From: an uncultured delta proteobacterium
Lineage (GTDB): Bacteria > Desulfobacterota > RBG-13-43-22
Direction of reading: 5' to 3'
DNA: 64,000 bases
NCBI GenBank assembly: GCA_963802945.1
Contig: CAWDKY010000027.1
Span: 128,001-192,000 of the forward strand
A program made the translations under genes and the position numbers. The notes under the pieces were generated by a model. The model was not told the origin of the DNA, did no database searches, and saw only the letters and a list, made by a program, of their open reading frames with translations. Below are positions 17,191-28,887 of this stretch, piece by piece. The stretch's first letter is position 1. The number at the start of each line of letters is the position of its first letter.

Positions 17191-20028
17191 TCACCCAGTA
17201 GACGTCCCTGAATTTCCAAGCACCTGTTTTAAAAATCGTCCGGTGTAGGATTTGGGGTTTTCAGCCATGGCCTCAGGGATTCCGACTCCGATAACTTGAC
17301 CCCCCTCATCCCCGCCCTCCGGACCCAGGTCGATGATATAATCAGCGGTCTTGATGACGTCCAGATTGTGTTCGATCACCACCACGCTATTGCCCATATC
17401 CACCAGGCGGTTAAGGACCTCCAATAATTTTTGTATGTCGGAAAAATGCAGGCCGGTAGTGGGTTCGTCAAGAATATAAAGGGTCTTTCCGGTCGATCGT
17501 TTGCTCAATTCCCTGGACAGCTTGATTCGCTGAGCCTCTCCGCCGGAAAGGGTGGTGGCCGGTTGCCCTAATCGGATATAACCCAATCCTACCTGCATTA
17601 AGGTTTCCAGCTTTTCCCGAATGATCGGGATGGCCTCGAAGATCTTCAGGGCCTGATCGACCGTCAGGTCCAGGACCTGGGCGATGTTCATCCCTTTATA
17701 AAGGACTTCCAGGGTGTCCCGATTATAACGGCTGCCCTGACAGACCTCACAGGTGACATAGACATCCGGAAGGAAATGCATTTCTATCTTCATCAGTCCG
17801 TCCCCGTTGCAGGCCGGACAACGCCCTCCGCGGACATTAAAACTGAATCGGCCGGGCTTATAGCCTCGCGACCGGGCCTCCGGCGTCCTGGCAAACAGAT
17901 CCCGGATGGTGGTAAAGAGCCCGGTGTAGGTGGCCGGATTGGACCTGGGGGTACGGCCGATCGGCGATTGATCGATGTTGATGACCTTGTCGATCAACCG
18001 GACCCCTTTCATCTCCTGGACCCGGCCGGCCCGTTGTTTGGAGCGGTAAAGACGCTGGGCCAGGGTCTGATAAAGGGTGTCGATAATGAGAGTGCTTTTC
18101 CCTGAACCGGAGACGCCGGTTACACAGGTGAAGACCCCCAGAGGGATCGAGACATCGATCTGTTTAAGATTGTTTTCCGAGGCCCCTTTGATCTGGATAT
18201 AACCTTTCTTTTGACCACGTCGCCGGGAAGGAACAGGGATGGTCCGCCGGCCTGACAGATATTGTCCGGTCAAGGACTCGGGGTCTTTGAGCAATGCTTC
18301 GGGGGTGCCGCTGAACACCACTTGCCCTCCGTTTTCTCCTGCCCCGGGCCCCATATCAATGACGTAATCGGAAGAAAGGATGGTGTTGGCATCGTGTTCA
18401 ACGACCAAAACCGTGTTGCCGAGATCCCGCAGGGTCTTCAAGGTCTGCAGAAGCCGGAGATTGTCCCGGGGATGAAGCCCGATACTTGGTTCATCCAGGA
18501 CATAAAGGACCCCCATCAAATGGGAACCGATCTGAGTGGCCAGCCGGATGCGCTGTCCTTCACCGCCGGACAAGGTGGCTGAAGTCCGATTGATGGTCAG
18601 GTAATCCAGTCCCACATTGGCCAGAAATACCAGGCGGTCATTGATCTCTTTCAATATCCGACGGCCGATCTGGGCTTGCCTGGTAGTGAGCTTTAAGGTA
18701 TTAAACCAGACCCCGGCCTCCTTCACCGAAAAGGAGGTGACTTCATGAATGGAAAGTCCCTGGATCTTGACGGCCAGGCTTTCCTTTTTTAACCGCGTCC
18801 CCTTACATGTGGGGCAGGGTCGGACGTTCATGAAACGCTCCAGTTCCTCCCGGATCATGGAGGAATCGGTTTCTTTGTAACGCCGGTCCAGATTGGGGAT
18901 GACCCCCTCAAACGGTCGTTCATAAAAATGTTTCCGGCCTTCTTTTTCAAAATAAAAACGAATTGGCTCATTGCCGGAACCGTGCAATAGGACTTCTCTT
19001 ACCTTGGCCGGCAGATCCTTAAAAGGGGTATAGAGGTCAAAATGATAATGGCTGAACAGGGCATCGAGCGTCTGTTGAAAATAAACGGAAGACCGGTTTT
19101 CCCAGGGGACAATGGCCCCTTCACGAAGATTCAGATTGGGATTGGGCACAATCAGGTCGGGATCAAAGTACATTTTAGTCCCCAGACCGTCACAGGTCGG
19201 ACAGGCCCCCTGGGGATTATTAAAGGAAAAGAGCTGGGGAGTCAGCTCAGGCAAACTGATGTCGCAGCGGTCGCAAGAGAAACGTTCGCTGAAGAGGACC
19301 TCCTCCCCGTTCCCCAAAAGGACCCGCAGGAACCCCTGAGAGAGCTTAAGGGCCAGTTCGGCCGAATCGGTCAGGCGGCGCTGCAGTCCTTCTTTGACCA
19401 CCAGGCGGTCCACCACGGCTTCGATGGTGTGCTTCTTTTTCTTGTCCAGGACGATGTCTTCTTCCAGTTCCCGAAATGCGCCGTTAATCCGGGCCCGGAC
19501 AAACCCTTCTCGTTTTAGTTGATCCAGAAGTTTTTGATGCTCCCCTTTGCGGCCGGTGACCAAAGGGGCCAGGAGCTGAATCCTGGTCCCGGCCGGGAAG
19601 GCCATCAACTGGTCGACGATTTCCTGCACCGACTGAGAGGAGATTTTTTGCCCGCACTGCCAGCAATAGGGTTCTCCGATCCGGGCAAAGAGGACCCGGA
19701 GAAAATCGTATATCTCCGTCACCGTCCCCACAGTGGAACGGGGATTTTTACTGGCCGTTTTCTGTTCTATGGAGATGGCCGGGGAGAGCCCTTCGATATA
19801 ATCCACATCGGGCTTGTCCATCTGTTCCAGAAACTGGCGGGCATAAGCCGATAGGGATTCCACATATCGCCGCTGTCCTTCGGCGTAGATGGTGTCGAAG
19901 GCCAGGGTGGATTTCCCGGACCCGGAAAGGCCGGTGATAACCACCAGTTTATCGCGGGGGATGACCACATCAATATTTTTCAGATTATGTTCCCTGGCCC
20001 CTTTGACCAGGATTTCATTTAAAGCCAT
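17191..20028 (-). CDS. uvrA: Excinuclease ABC subunit A
   Basis: [17 protein letters not shown], zinc fingers, two LSGGE ABC signatures. Confidence 0.99.
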   Translation of the reverse strand: MALNEILVKGAREHNLKNIDVVIPRDKLVVITGLSGSGKSTLAFDTIYAEGQRRYVESLSAYARQFLEQMDKPDVDYIEGLSPAISIEQKTASKNPRSTVGTVTEIYDFLRVLFARIGEPYCWQCGQKISSQSVQEIVDQLMAFPAGTRIQLLAPLVTGRKGEHQKLLDQLKREGFVRARINGAFRELEEDIVLDKKKKHTIEAVVDRLVVKEGLQRRLTDSAELALKLSQGFLRVLLGNGEEVLFSERFSCDRCDISLPELTPQLFSFNNPQGACPTCDGLGTKMYFDPDLIVPNPNLNLREGAIVPWENRSSVYFQQTLDALFSHYHFDLYTPFKDLPAKVREVLLHGSGNEPIRFYFEKEGRKHFYERPFEGVIPNLDRRYKETDSSMIREELERFMNVRPCPTCKGTRLKKESLAVKIQGLSIHEVTSFSVKEAGVWFNTLKLTTRQAQIGRRILKEINDRLVFLANVGLDYLTINRTSATLSGGEGQRIRLATQIGSHLMGVLYVLDEPSIGLHPRDNLRLLQTLKTLRDLGNTVLVVEHDANTILSSDYVIDMGPGAGENGGQVVFSGTPEALLKDPESLTGQYLSGRRTIPVPSRRRGQKKGYIQIKGASENNLKQIDVSIPLGVFTCVTGVSGSGKSTLIIDTLYQTLAQRLYRSKQRAGRVQEMKGVRLIDKVINIDQSPIGRTPRSNPATYTGLFTTIRDLFARTPEARSRGYKPGRFSFNVRGGRCPACNGDGLMKIEMHFLPDVYVTCEVCQGSRYNRDTLEVLYKGMNIAQVLDLTVDQALKIFEAIPIIREKLETLMQVGLGYIRLGQPATTLSGGEAQRIKLSRELSKRSTGKTLYILDEPTTGLHFSDIQKLLEVLNRLVDMGNSVVVIEHNLDVIKTADYIIDLGPEGGDEGGQVIGVGIPEAMAENPKSYTGRFLKQVLGNSGTSTG

Positions 20029-20187
20029 ATGTTATTCCAATGTTACTTAAAATTTTTCATAATATAGGAGAAAAGTATCAATTATGAGGGATCAATCATG
20101 CTATTGGTATAAGGTCCACGGTATAAGGTTTTCCTTGAACCTCCTGCCCCTGCTGGCCTGCAGGCGCAGGCCTCAAACCTTGAACCG

Positions 20188-21189
20188 TCATTTATGCCTC
20201 ATCTGGGCAAAGGCGGCGGCCAGAAGAATGGCCTGCGTCAGGCTTTCCGGGTTGGCAAGGCCTTTCCCGGCGATATCAAAGGCCGTTCCGTGGTCCACTG
20301 AAGTACGAATAAAAGGCAGTCCCATGGTGATATTGACGGCCGTATCGAAATGGAGAAGCTTTAAGGGAATGAGCCCCTGATCGTGATACAAGGCCACCAC
20401 TGCATCATAGCGGCCTTGAGCCGCCCAATAAAAAAGGGTATCCGGCGGATAAGGACCGGAGATGCGCATTCCCTGCCCCTGGGCCGCTTGGATGGCCGGG
20501 ACAATGATTGTTTTTTCTTCCGAACCGAAGGCTCCCTGTTCCCCGGCATGGGGATTGAGTCCGGCCACGGCAATATGCGGTTCTTTAATTCCGAACCAGC
20601 GGGTCATGGTTTGATGAGTCAATTCAATGGTAGTGAGAATTTTTTTGATATCCAGTATCCGGAGGGCCTTTTTAAGGGAGAGGTGGATGGTCACCAGACT
20701 GACCTTTAACCGCTGTCCGGCCAGCATCATGCCGAAGGACCGGGTTTTGGACAGGTGGGCCAAATACTCGGTATGGCCGGTGAAGGTAGGACGTAAGTTT
20801 CGGATCATTTCCTTGCTGATGGGACAGGTGACCATAGCCTCCACCTGGCCTTTTAAGGCCGCCTTTGCGGCCAGACGGATATAGTCTAAGGTCGAAGAGC
20901 CCCACTGGGGGTCAGGTCGTCCGGGAACGACCTGATCGACAGGCAAGTTGGAGGCCTCATACAACCAGACCGATTCCTTAAAGTCTTCTGCCCGGCTGAT
21001 TCTTCGAATCGATTTAATATGAAATGATTTTCCCATCCTTCGGGCGGCTGCTTCCAGGACTTGCCGATCCCCGACGATCAGAGACCGGCAGGCTTGTTCG
21101 ATCTGAGGATTGTCCAGGGCCTTGATGAGAATTTCCGGTCCGATTCCGGCCGGATCTCCCATGGTGACGGCAATAAGGGGTTTATTCAT
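20188..21189 (-). CDS. pdxA: 4-hydroxythreonine-4-phosphate dehydrogenase
   Basis: MGDPAGIGPE, GHTE, NPHAGE, YHDQG and RTSVDHGTA motifs. Confidence 0.96.
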   Translation of the reverse strand: MNKPLIAVTMGDPAGIGPEILIKALDNPQIEQACRSLIVGDRQVLEAAARRMGKSFHIKSIRRISRAEDFKESVWLYEASNLPVDQVVPGRPDPQWGSSTLDYIRLAAKAALKGQVEAMVTCPISKEMIRNLRPTFTGHTEYLAHLSKTRSFGMMLAGQRLKVSLVTIHLSLKKALRILDIKKILTTIELTHQTMTRWFGIKEPHIAVAGLNPHAGEQGAFGSEEKTIIVPAIQAAQGQGMRISGPYPPDTLFYWAAQGRYDAVVALYHDQGLIPLKLLHFDTAVNITMGLPFIRTSVDHGTAFDIAGKGLANPESLTQAILLAAAFAQMRHK

Positions 21190-21722
21190 TTTGGGTTCTT
21201 TGGGTTAAAAAATTGAATTTTTAATTATAATCGGAAAATCCTTTTTTCACAAGTGCAATTTAAAAATCCCTGGAAGTATGATATTATTAAACAGAGGGTA
21301 AGATGGATTGCATTCAATACAGTAATTTGTGAAAATCAGGATTTGGGGGTACAGACATTGTCAAGTGTGATGAGGGCTTCTTCCTGATATCCTCGACTTG
21401 CCATTTTTAAAAAAAGACAAGATTTCAAACGGTAATAGAGATAAATGGGCCCAAAAGTCTTTATGACCCCTCCTTTACCCCTTTTTTCTCCTTGACCGCT
21501 CTTATTTCTCATTTTATACTATTACAACTCAAAACAAAAATCTTATCAAATAAGAGAAGTAATAGAGTAGGGCGAATGGGATCGGATATCGCATGATGAT
21601 ACCGAGGAGATTTGTCCTTACCCTTCCACCATTGAAAATACCATATGGTTTTTTATTAGCTCTTTTTTAATACCTGGGAATAAATGATCCTATAATACAA
21701 TGACAAGAAGGAGGTTGAGAAC

Positions 21723-22370
21723 ATGTTAGTCCGCGACATTATGACGAACAATGTTATTAGTATCCCCAGTGATACCCTGATGTTTGAAGCCGAGAAGATT
21801 ATGGAGTTTCACAAAATCGAACGCCTTCCCGTCGTCGATAAGGGTAAACTGGTGGGGTTGGTGACCAAGGATATCCTTTTGAAGGCCGGCCCTTCGAAAG
21901 CTACCAGCTTTAGCCGCGGGGAAATCTACTATCTCCTGTCTAAGCTGATGGTCAAGGAAATCATGGTAACGGATGTGGTGACAGTCTCCCCTGATACTAC
22001 CGTTGAGCAGGCAGCAACCAAGGCTCAGAAAAACAAAGTGGGTTGTCTGCCGGTCTTGGAAGATAATAAGGTAGTTGGGATAGTAACTACCAATGACTTC
22101 TTTTATAAGATACTGAATCCGCTTTTAGGAATTGGTGAGGGGGGCAAGCGGATAATCGTCCAGGGAGTTGGTGATCCAGAGGGGATGCAAAAGGTGCTCG
22201 AAACCGTGCGGAAAGGTGACATTGAGATAAAGAACTTCTGTTCCCTTTCGTCAAGCGGAGCTGGGAAAAATGATTTTGTTCTTCATCTGAACACCAATGA
22301 TGTTGCCACCGTACTTAAACAACTTAAGGAGATGGGATTCAAGGCAGAAGAAAGGCCACATACGATCTAA
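21723..22370 (+). CDS. CBS-pair + ACT-like domain protein (AcuB-like)
   Basis: Two CBS repeats (LPVVDKGKLVG, LPVLEDNKVVGIVT) plus a C-terminal ACT-like segment. Confidence 0.8.
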   Translation: MLVRDIMTNNVISIPSDTLMFEAEKIMEFHKIERLPVVDKGKLVGLVTKDILLKAGPSKATSFSRGEIYYLLSKLMVKEIMVTDVVTVSPDTTVEQAATKAQKNKVGCLPVLEDNKVVGIVTTNDFFYKILNPLLGIGEGGKRIIVQGVGDPEGMQKVLETVRKGDIEIKNFCSLSSSGAGKNDFVLHLNTNDVATVLKQLKEMGFKAEERPHTI

Positions 22371-22838
22371 GTTTCGGTTACAGGCGAGGAAAGGGGTCAG
22401 ATCTCCGGTTGAATTATTGTCAAGGCTTTCCTTAAGATCGCATATCGCTCTTGCAGCCAACGATTAAATGATTTGATATATGGTTTCTATAGTCTCCCGA
22501 GGACTTCGTCAAAAAGAAAATATGGAAATACTCTCCAAGCCGCCTCATCTGGCCGTGGGGCGGATTAAATATTTCAAATAGTAAATGTTAATTTTCGGAA
22601 CAATCGCTTTAGAAGAGTTATAGGTGTATCGTTGAATTCAGTCCGGTGAGACCATTTTTAAAGAAATTTGAGGGCTTCTTCTGAAAAACCTTATTTCAAA
22701 TAGTCCGGAAATTGTGTATATTAATAATAGTAGTCAATATTAAGGGGTAAAGCAGATAAGGATATTTATTGGAAGATAAAAAAATAGGTTAACTTAATCT
22801 TTTAATTATAAAATAGGTCAAGGGGAAGGCAGGTAATT

Positions 22839-23036
22839 ATGCTCGGTATAAATCAAGATTTGTTGGTTATTTTGATAATAGCCGCTTTTATCTTTGGGGC
22901 CAAAAAATTGCCTGAAATAGGTAAAGGCTTGGGGAAAGGAATCCAGGAGTTTAAAAAGGGTATCTCAGGACAAGAAGAAGAGCCAGCACCTAAACCCAAA
23001 GAAATTGAAAAAGACACGACTGATAAAAATGAATAG
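22839..23036 (+). CDS. tatA: Twin-arginine translocase TatA/TatE
   Basis: IFGAKKLPEIGKGLGKGIQEFKK. Confidence 0.92.
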   Translation: MLGINQDLLVILIIAAFIFGAKKLPEIGKGLGKGIQEFKKGISGQEEEPAPKPKEIEKDTTDKNE

Positions 23037-23224
23037 GATAAGCATTGATTCAGTTTCTCCAATAGCAATAGGAATTAAATCGATCTGAAGTGCCTAATAC
23101 TCGTTAGGAAAAAGTTATCTAGATTTTGGATAGACTCAAGATTATTATAGGTCTCCGAATACCGAGGTAAAATAACCCTTCAGTCATGGCTAATATAATA
23201 ATAGCATAACGGTGATTTGAAATA

Positions 23225-24031
23225 ATGGATCAAAGAATAATAGGGTGGAAAATAGGGATCAAAATCTTTTTTGTTATTGGAATTTTGTCTATAGGAATCT
23301 CGGCCTTTACCGGTGAACCGGCGCCGATTTCCCAACCTATACCCGGAAAGGGAAAGGTTTTCAATTTCACAGCGACCAAGTTAGGTATTCCATTTCTCAG
23401 GGCTACCATTAAGATTATTGAGGAATCGTCCTTAAAAAAAGATAAGCCTTTGGTTAAGATCCAGGCCATCTTCCAATCGTGTCCTTCCCTTGAATTACTA
23501 TTTCGAATGAACAACCATTTCACCTCAACCCTGGAAAGTGGGACCTACACCCCGGTGACTAACGTGAAAGAGATTGATCAGGGGGGGCTTTTAATTAAAA
23601 AGAAAAACTCTTTTCAGACCTTTACCTTCGATCCCCTTCATCAAAAGGTAGTGGTGGAAAGCAAAGAGAAAAAAGAGAGACAAGAGATAGCTCTTCCGCC
23701 TGATACCTATGATCCATTGTCCATGTTGGCCCGTTTCTATTTAAAAGAGGATTTGATTCCAGGGCAGGATATCACAATGTCTATTTTTGATGGCGAGAGA
23801 TTGAGACAGCTCGTCTTCCATTCCAATAAGGAGAAGATTAAATCGAAAATGTATGGAGAGGTGGAGACTGTTCGGCTAGTATTAAAAACTTTTTTCTCAA
23901 CCTTTCGAAATCAAGAGGGGACGATACGCATCTGGTTTACAACCGATGGAAGTAAGACCCCGATTTTAATCGAAGAGTATCTTCCTGTTGGCAGGATCAG
24001 GTTTGAATTGGAGTCCGTCGAGGGGACCTGA
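23225..24031 (+). CDS. DUF3108-like exported protein
   Basis: Signal peptide, TYDPLS and IRIWFTTDG..TP motifs. Confidence 0.6.
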   Translation: MDQRIIGWKIGIKIFFVIGILSIGISAFTGEPAPISQPIPGKGKVFNFTATKLGIPFLRATIKIIEESSLKKDKPLVKIQAIFQSCPSLELLFRMNNHFTSTLESGTYTPVTNVKEIDQGGLLIKKKNSFQTFTFDPLHQKVVVESKEKKERQEIALPPDTYDPLSMLARFYLKEDLIPGQDITMSIFDGERLRQLVFHSNKEKIKSKMYGEVETVRLVLKTFFSTFRNQEGTIRIWFTTDGSKTPILIEEYLPVGRIRFELESVEGT

Positions 24032-24219
24032 ATTCGATCGAAGAAAATTGTTCCGCTTCAATCTATCTTTTTCCCGGTAGTCGCTAAGTTGCAGGATTAT
24101 TTTTTTGAAGACTTGAAGATGATCATTGAAATCGGTCTAGGGGGAAATTTTTATTGAATTTGAGGATTACTTCCTGTATTCCTCAAGCTACCATTTTGAA
24201 AAAAAGGGGACATCCTTTT

Positions 24220-25311
24220 TTACAGAAGTTTGGTCCGTATCTCCCGCCGACGATCCCTGGAAATGGTCACAACCACCTCGGTCCCTTTGCCGGGTTCGCT
24301 GTCTACCTCAATTCGGCCTTTATGGTCGGTGATGATCCTTTTAGCCATGGTCAGCCCCAATCCCAAATAATTAAACTTGGTGGTAAAAAAGGGATCGAAA
24401 ATGAGAGGCAGGTTTTCGGCTGGAATTCCTTCCCCATTATCTTTAATTCGAAAAGTCACCTGATCGCCTTTAATTTCTCCGAATAATGCCACTTCCTTCT
24501 GGAAGGAAACGGCCTCCAGAGCGTTTTGGATGATGCACTCCAATGCCCGGACGAGAAGAGCCAGATCTCCATAAAAATGGATCGGCGAGAGAGTCTCCAA
24601 AGAAGGAAACCTGATCTTAAACGGATTGGCCTCTAATAGGGCCTGAAAAGACTTTTGGGTCTCTTTAAAAATCAAAGACAGGGTGAGGGCATCGTAGCGG
24701 GCCAACGGTACTTGGGTGAATTCTGCCAATCGGTCAATGATGTATTCCAGATGCTTGGCCTCGTTTTGAATGATCTCGGTATAACGGGAGTACTCTTCTA
24801 ATGTTCTCTGTTCTTTGGCCAGCCTGAGGGCAAAACCTCCTATCGAGGCAATAGGGTTCCGAATCTGATGGGCGATCTGGTCGGTCATTTTCCCCAAACC
24901 GGCAAAACGCTCTGAATCCAGATAGTCCTTTTCCAACTTTTTCAGTTGGGTGAGGTCTTGGAGGGTAAAAATTATCAGTTCCCGGTTTGAGACCTCTTCC
25001 TTGTATAGGGCAGTGGAAAGATTAATGAAAATGGGATCCCCATTCTTCCGGCCCAAAAGCGCCTCTCCTTCAAAACCAAGGCCGGACCTGGTTATTTTTA
25101 AAATATTGGGGAGAAAGACCCGGATGTCTTCGGGAAAAAAGAGGACCTCTACATTCTGTCCGATTAAAAGTCCCTTAGAATAACCCAATAATTCTTCCGC
25201 CCATTCGTTGATTAAAAGGATTATCCCTTGCTGATCAAGGAGCAGGATGCCGGTCTTGACGATCTCAACCAATCTGTTGAGCAATTTTTGAGTCCAGGGT
25301 ATATACTCCAT
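24220..25311 (-). CDS. PAS-domain sensor histidine kinase
   Basis: H-box AHQIRNP, N-box NALEA, DNGEGI, FDPFFTTK and GLGL. Confidence 0.9.
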   Translation of the reverse strand: MEYIPWTQKLLNRLVEIVKTGILLLDQQGIILLINEWAEELLGYSKGLLIGQNVEVLFFPEDIRVFLPNILKITRSGLGFEGEALLGRKNGDPIFINLSTALYKEEVSNRELIIFTLQDLTQLKKLEKDYLDSERFAGLGKMTDQIAHQIRNPIASIGGFALRLAKEQRTLEEYSRYTEIIQNEAKHLEYIIDRLAEFTQVPLARYDALTLSLIFKETQKSFQALLEANPFKIRFPSLETLSPIHFYGDLALLVRALECIIQNALEAVSFQKEVALFGEIKGDQVTFRIKDNGEGIPAENLPLIFDPFFTTKFNYLGLGLTMAKRIITDHKGRIEVDSEPGKGTEVVVTISRDRRREIRTKLL

Positions 25312-25363
25312 GGGCTATCTCCTGTGTTTTATCTTTTATCTTGCGCCGAACTCCTATTTCTTG

Positions 25364-25933
25364 TTAAGCCGTCGCCTTCATGGGAAAAGCCTTTAAAAAA
25401 AGGCTGTTTTCTTCCTGGCGTAAAAAATTCAACAGCCATTTCCGCACTTTGGGGTGAGTTATGGGGATGCCCTCCAACTCCTTGCGAATTTCAGAGGAGT
25501 CCAGTCGAAATTCCTCTTCGTTGACTCTGTGGATATAGAGCCAATCCACTGGATTTTCAGCTAGAAGCACAGTCAGAAGGACTGAAGGTATATCGCCCAG
25601 GGGCGCCCGATCGATGTGACTATGACGAAAGGTGGCTTGAACTGTCGTCCCTTTCCCCGGCTTGGAAAAAATTTTCAGATCCCCTTCACAACGGCGGCAG
25701 GCTTCCAAAAACAAAGGAATCCCCAGGCCGATATGACGGGTTTTCCGGGTGGTATAAAAAGGGTCCAGGACTTTGGCCACCTGATCCTCGGACATGCCTC
25801 TCCCATTATCTCTGATTTCGATGAGCAATTGGTCTGCTTTCAAATTCTCATCGATGATGATATCAATCTTGGACGCACCGGCCTCAATTGAATTTTGAAC
25901 GATGTCCAGGAGGTGCAGGGAAAGTTCTAACAA
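25364..25933 (-). CDS. HATPase_c (histidine kinase-like ATPase) protein
   Basis: SLHLLDIVQNSIEAGA, DNGRGM, DPFYTTR, GLGIP and HIDRAPLGD. Confidence 0.85.
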   Translation of the reverse strand: MLELSLHLLDIVQNSIEAGASKIDIIIDENLKADQLLIEIRDNGRGMSEDQVAKVLDPFYTTRKTRHIGLGIPLFLEACRRCEGDLKIFSKPGKGTTVQATFRHSHIDRAPLGDIPSVLLTVLLAENPVDWLYIHRVNEEEFRLDSSEIRKELEGIPITHPKVRKWLLNFLRQEENSLFLKAFPMKATA

Positions 25934-25975
25934 GGGATTTCAGATCTCCTTAAAACTGTTTAAACCCTTGGGGGA

Positions 25976-26767
25976 TCATTGATCAGGCCACTTTACCAGG
26001 ACCTGCCTTCCTTCCTGACCCTCGAAAGCCAGGGTCATCTCTTTGATACCCGGATGGGCCATCTTAAACTGGGTCCGATTTTGAATCTCGACCAGCCGAT
26101 GGGCATCTCCATTGACAACGAGGCACCAATTCTTCAATTGGGGCCACTCCAAGAAGTCCTTTGGGGGATTAAAATAAGGAGTAACCTCCAGAGCCTTTAC
26201 GGGAAGGGTTTCGGGGATAAACCCGAGATTGGATAATAAACTGAAGGAAGGCCGGTTCACATGGGCCGGGATAGCCATGCCCCCAAGAGCGGCCACTTGA
26301 TCTACAACCTCCTCCAGGGCCATGTCGGCCGCTTGGGCCAGTAACCGGTCTTCGGTTCGAAGCAATTCCCCGGCGGCATTGACTACATATTGCGGACCGA
26401 ACAATGCCTCTTTGTTGGCCAAGGGGGACAATTTTTGAAAAACCTTTTCCTGCCACTGTTTACACGAATCAACCGTATCGAACAGGCAAAGAATGTGAAC
26501 TTCCTCTCTGGACTGTAGTTCCATCCCCGGCAAAACATGGATGTTGGTCCCGACCGCCGCTTCCATAACCGCTTCCGCATTATAACAGGCATTATGATCG
26601 GTAATCGCGATGAGGTTTAAACCTTGCCTTTCTGCCTGCCACAGGATCAAGGAAGGAATCATCTCAATTTCCGCACACCCCGACAGCACGGTATGAATAT
26701 GGAGATCGGCCTTAAAAAGCTTCAATCCATCCGGATTATGAAGGGAGCTTTCCGGATCCTTATTCAC
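25976..26767 (-). CDS. PHP-domain phosphoesterase
   Basis: DLHIHT, AITDHN, PAH and DAH metal-binding motifs. Confidence 0.9.
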   Translation of the reverse strand: MNKDPESSLHNPDGLKLFKADLHIHTVLSGCAEIEMIPSLILWQAERQGLNLIAITDHNACYNAEAVMEAAVGTNIHVLPGMELQSREEVHILCLFDTVDSCKQWQEKVFQKLSPLANKEALFGPQYVVNAAGELLRTEDRLLAQAADMALEEVVDQVAALGGMAIPAHVNRPSFSLLSNLGFIPETLPVKALEVTPYFNPPKDFLEWPQLKNWCLVVNGDAHRLVEIQNRTQFKMAHPGIKEMTLAFEGQEGRQVLVKWPDQ

Positions 26768-27146
26768 CGCTGATCCCCAGAGAAACCAGTTGCCCGATAA
26801 CAGAAAAGGTATTTTTAGGAGTAAGCAGCAAGATCACCTTTTCTTTTTCAGCTTGGGCGATGGTCTCGGGGGCAGGCTGGTTTCCTTCGGTAATGATGAT
26901 ACCGGCCAGATTGAGCAGACTGGCTATCGCTACCACATTGACGTGAGACTGAAGGGTAACCCAGAGAAAGTCTTTTCTCGCCCCACGCATAACACAACTC
27001 AGGAGGTCCGAGGCATATCCTCCCTCCACCGGACGATCCAACAACTCGCCTGAAGTGATCACCTTTAAGTTCAATTGTTCAATAACAGTCTGAAGGTTGA
27101 TCATGGTATTTTTTCGGATTTTCCGCTCCTTTTTTTGGTTTTTCAA
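26760..27146 (-). CDS. DRTGG-domain protein
   Basis: GGYASDLLS.VM...LWVTLQSHVNVVAIA; true start probably MINLQ. Confidence 0.75.
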   Translation of the reverse strand: MKNQKKERKIRKNTMINLQTVIEQLNLKVITSGELLDRPVEGGYASDLLSCVMRGARKDFLWVTLQSHVNVVAIASLLNLAGIIITEGNQPAPETIAQAEKEKVILLLTPKNTFSVIGQLVSLGISGE

Positions 27147-27239
27147 AATTAAAAAGCCAGGACTTTACCGCTTTTCTTTAAGCTTGGGTTCGATCATTTT
27201 TACTCTCAGAAAAAACCGGCAGGTCTTTTAGGAATACGA

Positions 27240-28139
27240 TTATAGCTTTATCAGAATATCCAATTGGGTCCCATTGTCCGGTTTTGATTCAATGGTAAAG
27301 GAATCAGCGCACTTTTGTATATTGGCCAAACCCATGCCCGCCCCAAAACCCAACTCCTGAATCCAGGCCGGGGCGGTTGAATATCCCGGGGCCATAGCCC
27401 GTTCCACATCGACGATTCCCGGCCCATGATCCGTAACCGTCATATGAATCAAATCAGGCTGAATTTCAGTAACCAATTCTCCACCTTGGTCGGTATGGAT
27501 AATAAGATTCATTTCAGCTTCATAGGCACAAATGGCCACCCGTCGCAATATGGATGGGGGTATCCCCAGTTGCTCAAAAGCCTGTTTGATCTTGCTTGAG
27601 GCACTCCCGCCACTCTTGAAATCTTTCTCTTTGATATGATACCTGAGAATCAGGCTGGTCTGGTCCGAGACAATATATTCCTGATAATTTATCCGGGGTT
27701 CTCGTTTCACCTCGTCATTATGATAATGCAGACTGATGGCCTCCAACAACCCCCTGGTGATATCGCTCCCGGTCAAAATGCCGGTCAAGTCCCCTTGCTC
27801 ATTAATGACCAGAAGTCGACCAACTTGAAATTGAGAGAATTTTTTTATGGCCTCAACGATAGATTCTTTTTCCATAACCGTAATCAACTTCCTGGTCATT
27901 CTTTGACTGACGGGCACGTTAAGCTCACCGGCTTCCAGGGCTTTGATCAGATCCTCCATAGAGGCCACTCCGACCAGATGACCGCTATCCAACACCGGGA
28001 CACCGGATATCCGATTGGTCTTCATAATTTCCTTCAATTCCTTGATAGTAGTACCCGGCGAAACGGTTATGACCTTTTTCCGCATGACGTTTTCGATGGG
28101 CAAATTATAAATAAGTTCTTGTTTTTTTGTGAATTCCAA
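27240..28139 (-). CDS. CBS-pair + anti-sigma-factor-type Ser/Thr kinase (RsbT-like HATPase)
   Basis: Two CBS domains, then YEAEMNLIIH, DHGPGI and GFGAGMGLAN. Confidence 0.85.
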   Translation of the reverse strand: MEFTKKQELIYNLPIENVMRKKVITVSPGTTIKELKEIMKTNRISGVPVLDSGHLVGVASMEDLIKALEAGELNVPVSQRMTRKLITVMEKESIVEAIKKFSQFQVGRLLVINEQGDLTGILTGSDITRGLLEAISLHYHNDEVKREPRINYQEYIVSDQTSLILRYHIKEKDFKSGGSASSKIKQAFEQLGIPPSILRRVAICAYEAEMNLIIHTDQGGELVTEIQPDLIHMTVTDHGPGIVDVERAMAPGYSTAPAWIQELGFGAGMGLANIQKCADSFTIESKPDNGTQLDILIKL

Positions 28140-28222
28140 TGGGAAGTACCCTCATTTAATTGGCTTAAGATGAAAAAAGAGTTATGTCCTCCAAGGCGGT
28201 CTAAATATTTCCTTTAACAAAA

Positions 28223-28579
28223 TCAAAGAGGCGTTAAGGGGACAGAAGCTACGCCCGCTTTATAGAGCATCCCACAGGATTCATACATACTGAAATTCGT
28301 GGTGATTAGAGGGATGCCCAGTTGTTCGGCCAACCGAACAGCCTCCGGGTCGGGGACCTTTCCCCGTACAAAGATAATAGCGGTTACATAGGCCATTTCC
28401 GCTGTTCTTACGGCTTGAAGATTTTTCAATCCGGTGAGAAGCACGGAGCCGGGAATCATATAAGCCAGGGCGTCGCTCATCAAATCCGTCGCCCCGCAAA
28501 ATTTGATCTCTTTTTCCGGAATAGCCTTTTGCGTTACGACGGTCCCTTTCAAAATTTCAATAATTTTTTTTAGTTTCAC
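28223..28579 (-). CDS. DRTGG-domain protein
   Basis: DLMSDAL...LLTGL...AVRTAEM...FVRGK.P. Confidence 0.75.
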   Translation of the reverse strand: MKLKKIIEILKGTVVTQKAIPEKEIKFCGATDLMSDALAYMIPGSVLLTGLKNLQAVRTAEMAYVTAIIFVRGKVPDPEAVRLAEQLGIPLITTNFSMYESCGMLYKAGVASVPLTPL

Positions 28580-28887
28580 CAGTCTACATCCTTGAATAAT
28601 TTATATTTTTTTAATCATATCAATATACCACACCCCTTCCAAATGATCAAAAGGAAAATCAAATGATTCCTGAAATGAAATAACTTTCATAAATAACCGC
28701 CCCTTCTTTTTACTATAATAATTATTGCTGACATATCCTGCTAAAAATGATATAATAAAACTTAAAAAAGACCTGGGGATGCCGATAAAGAACCCGGGAT
28801 AAATATTTTTCAGGGAACTGCTCCCTGTTTCTAAAATACTTGCTTTGTTTTGCCAATCCAACAGAAACATGATGACAGGAGGTTGGA

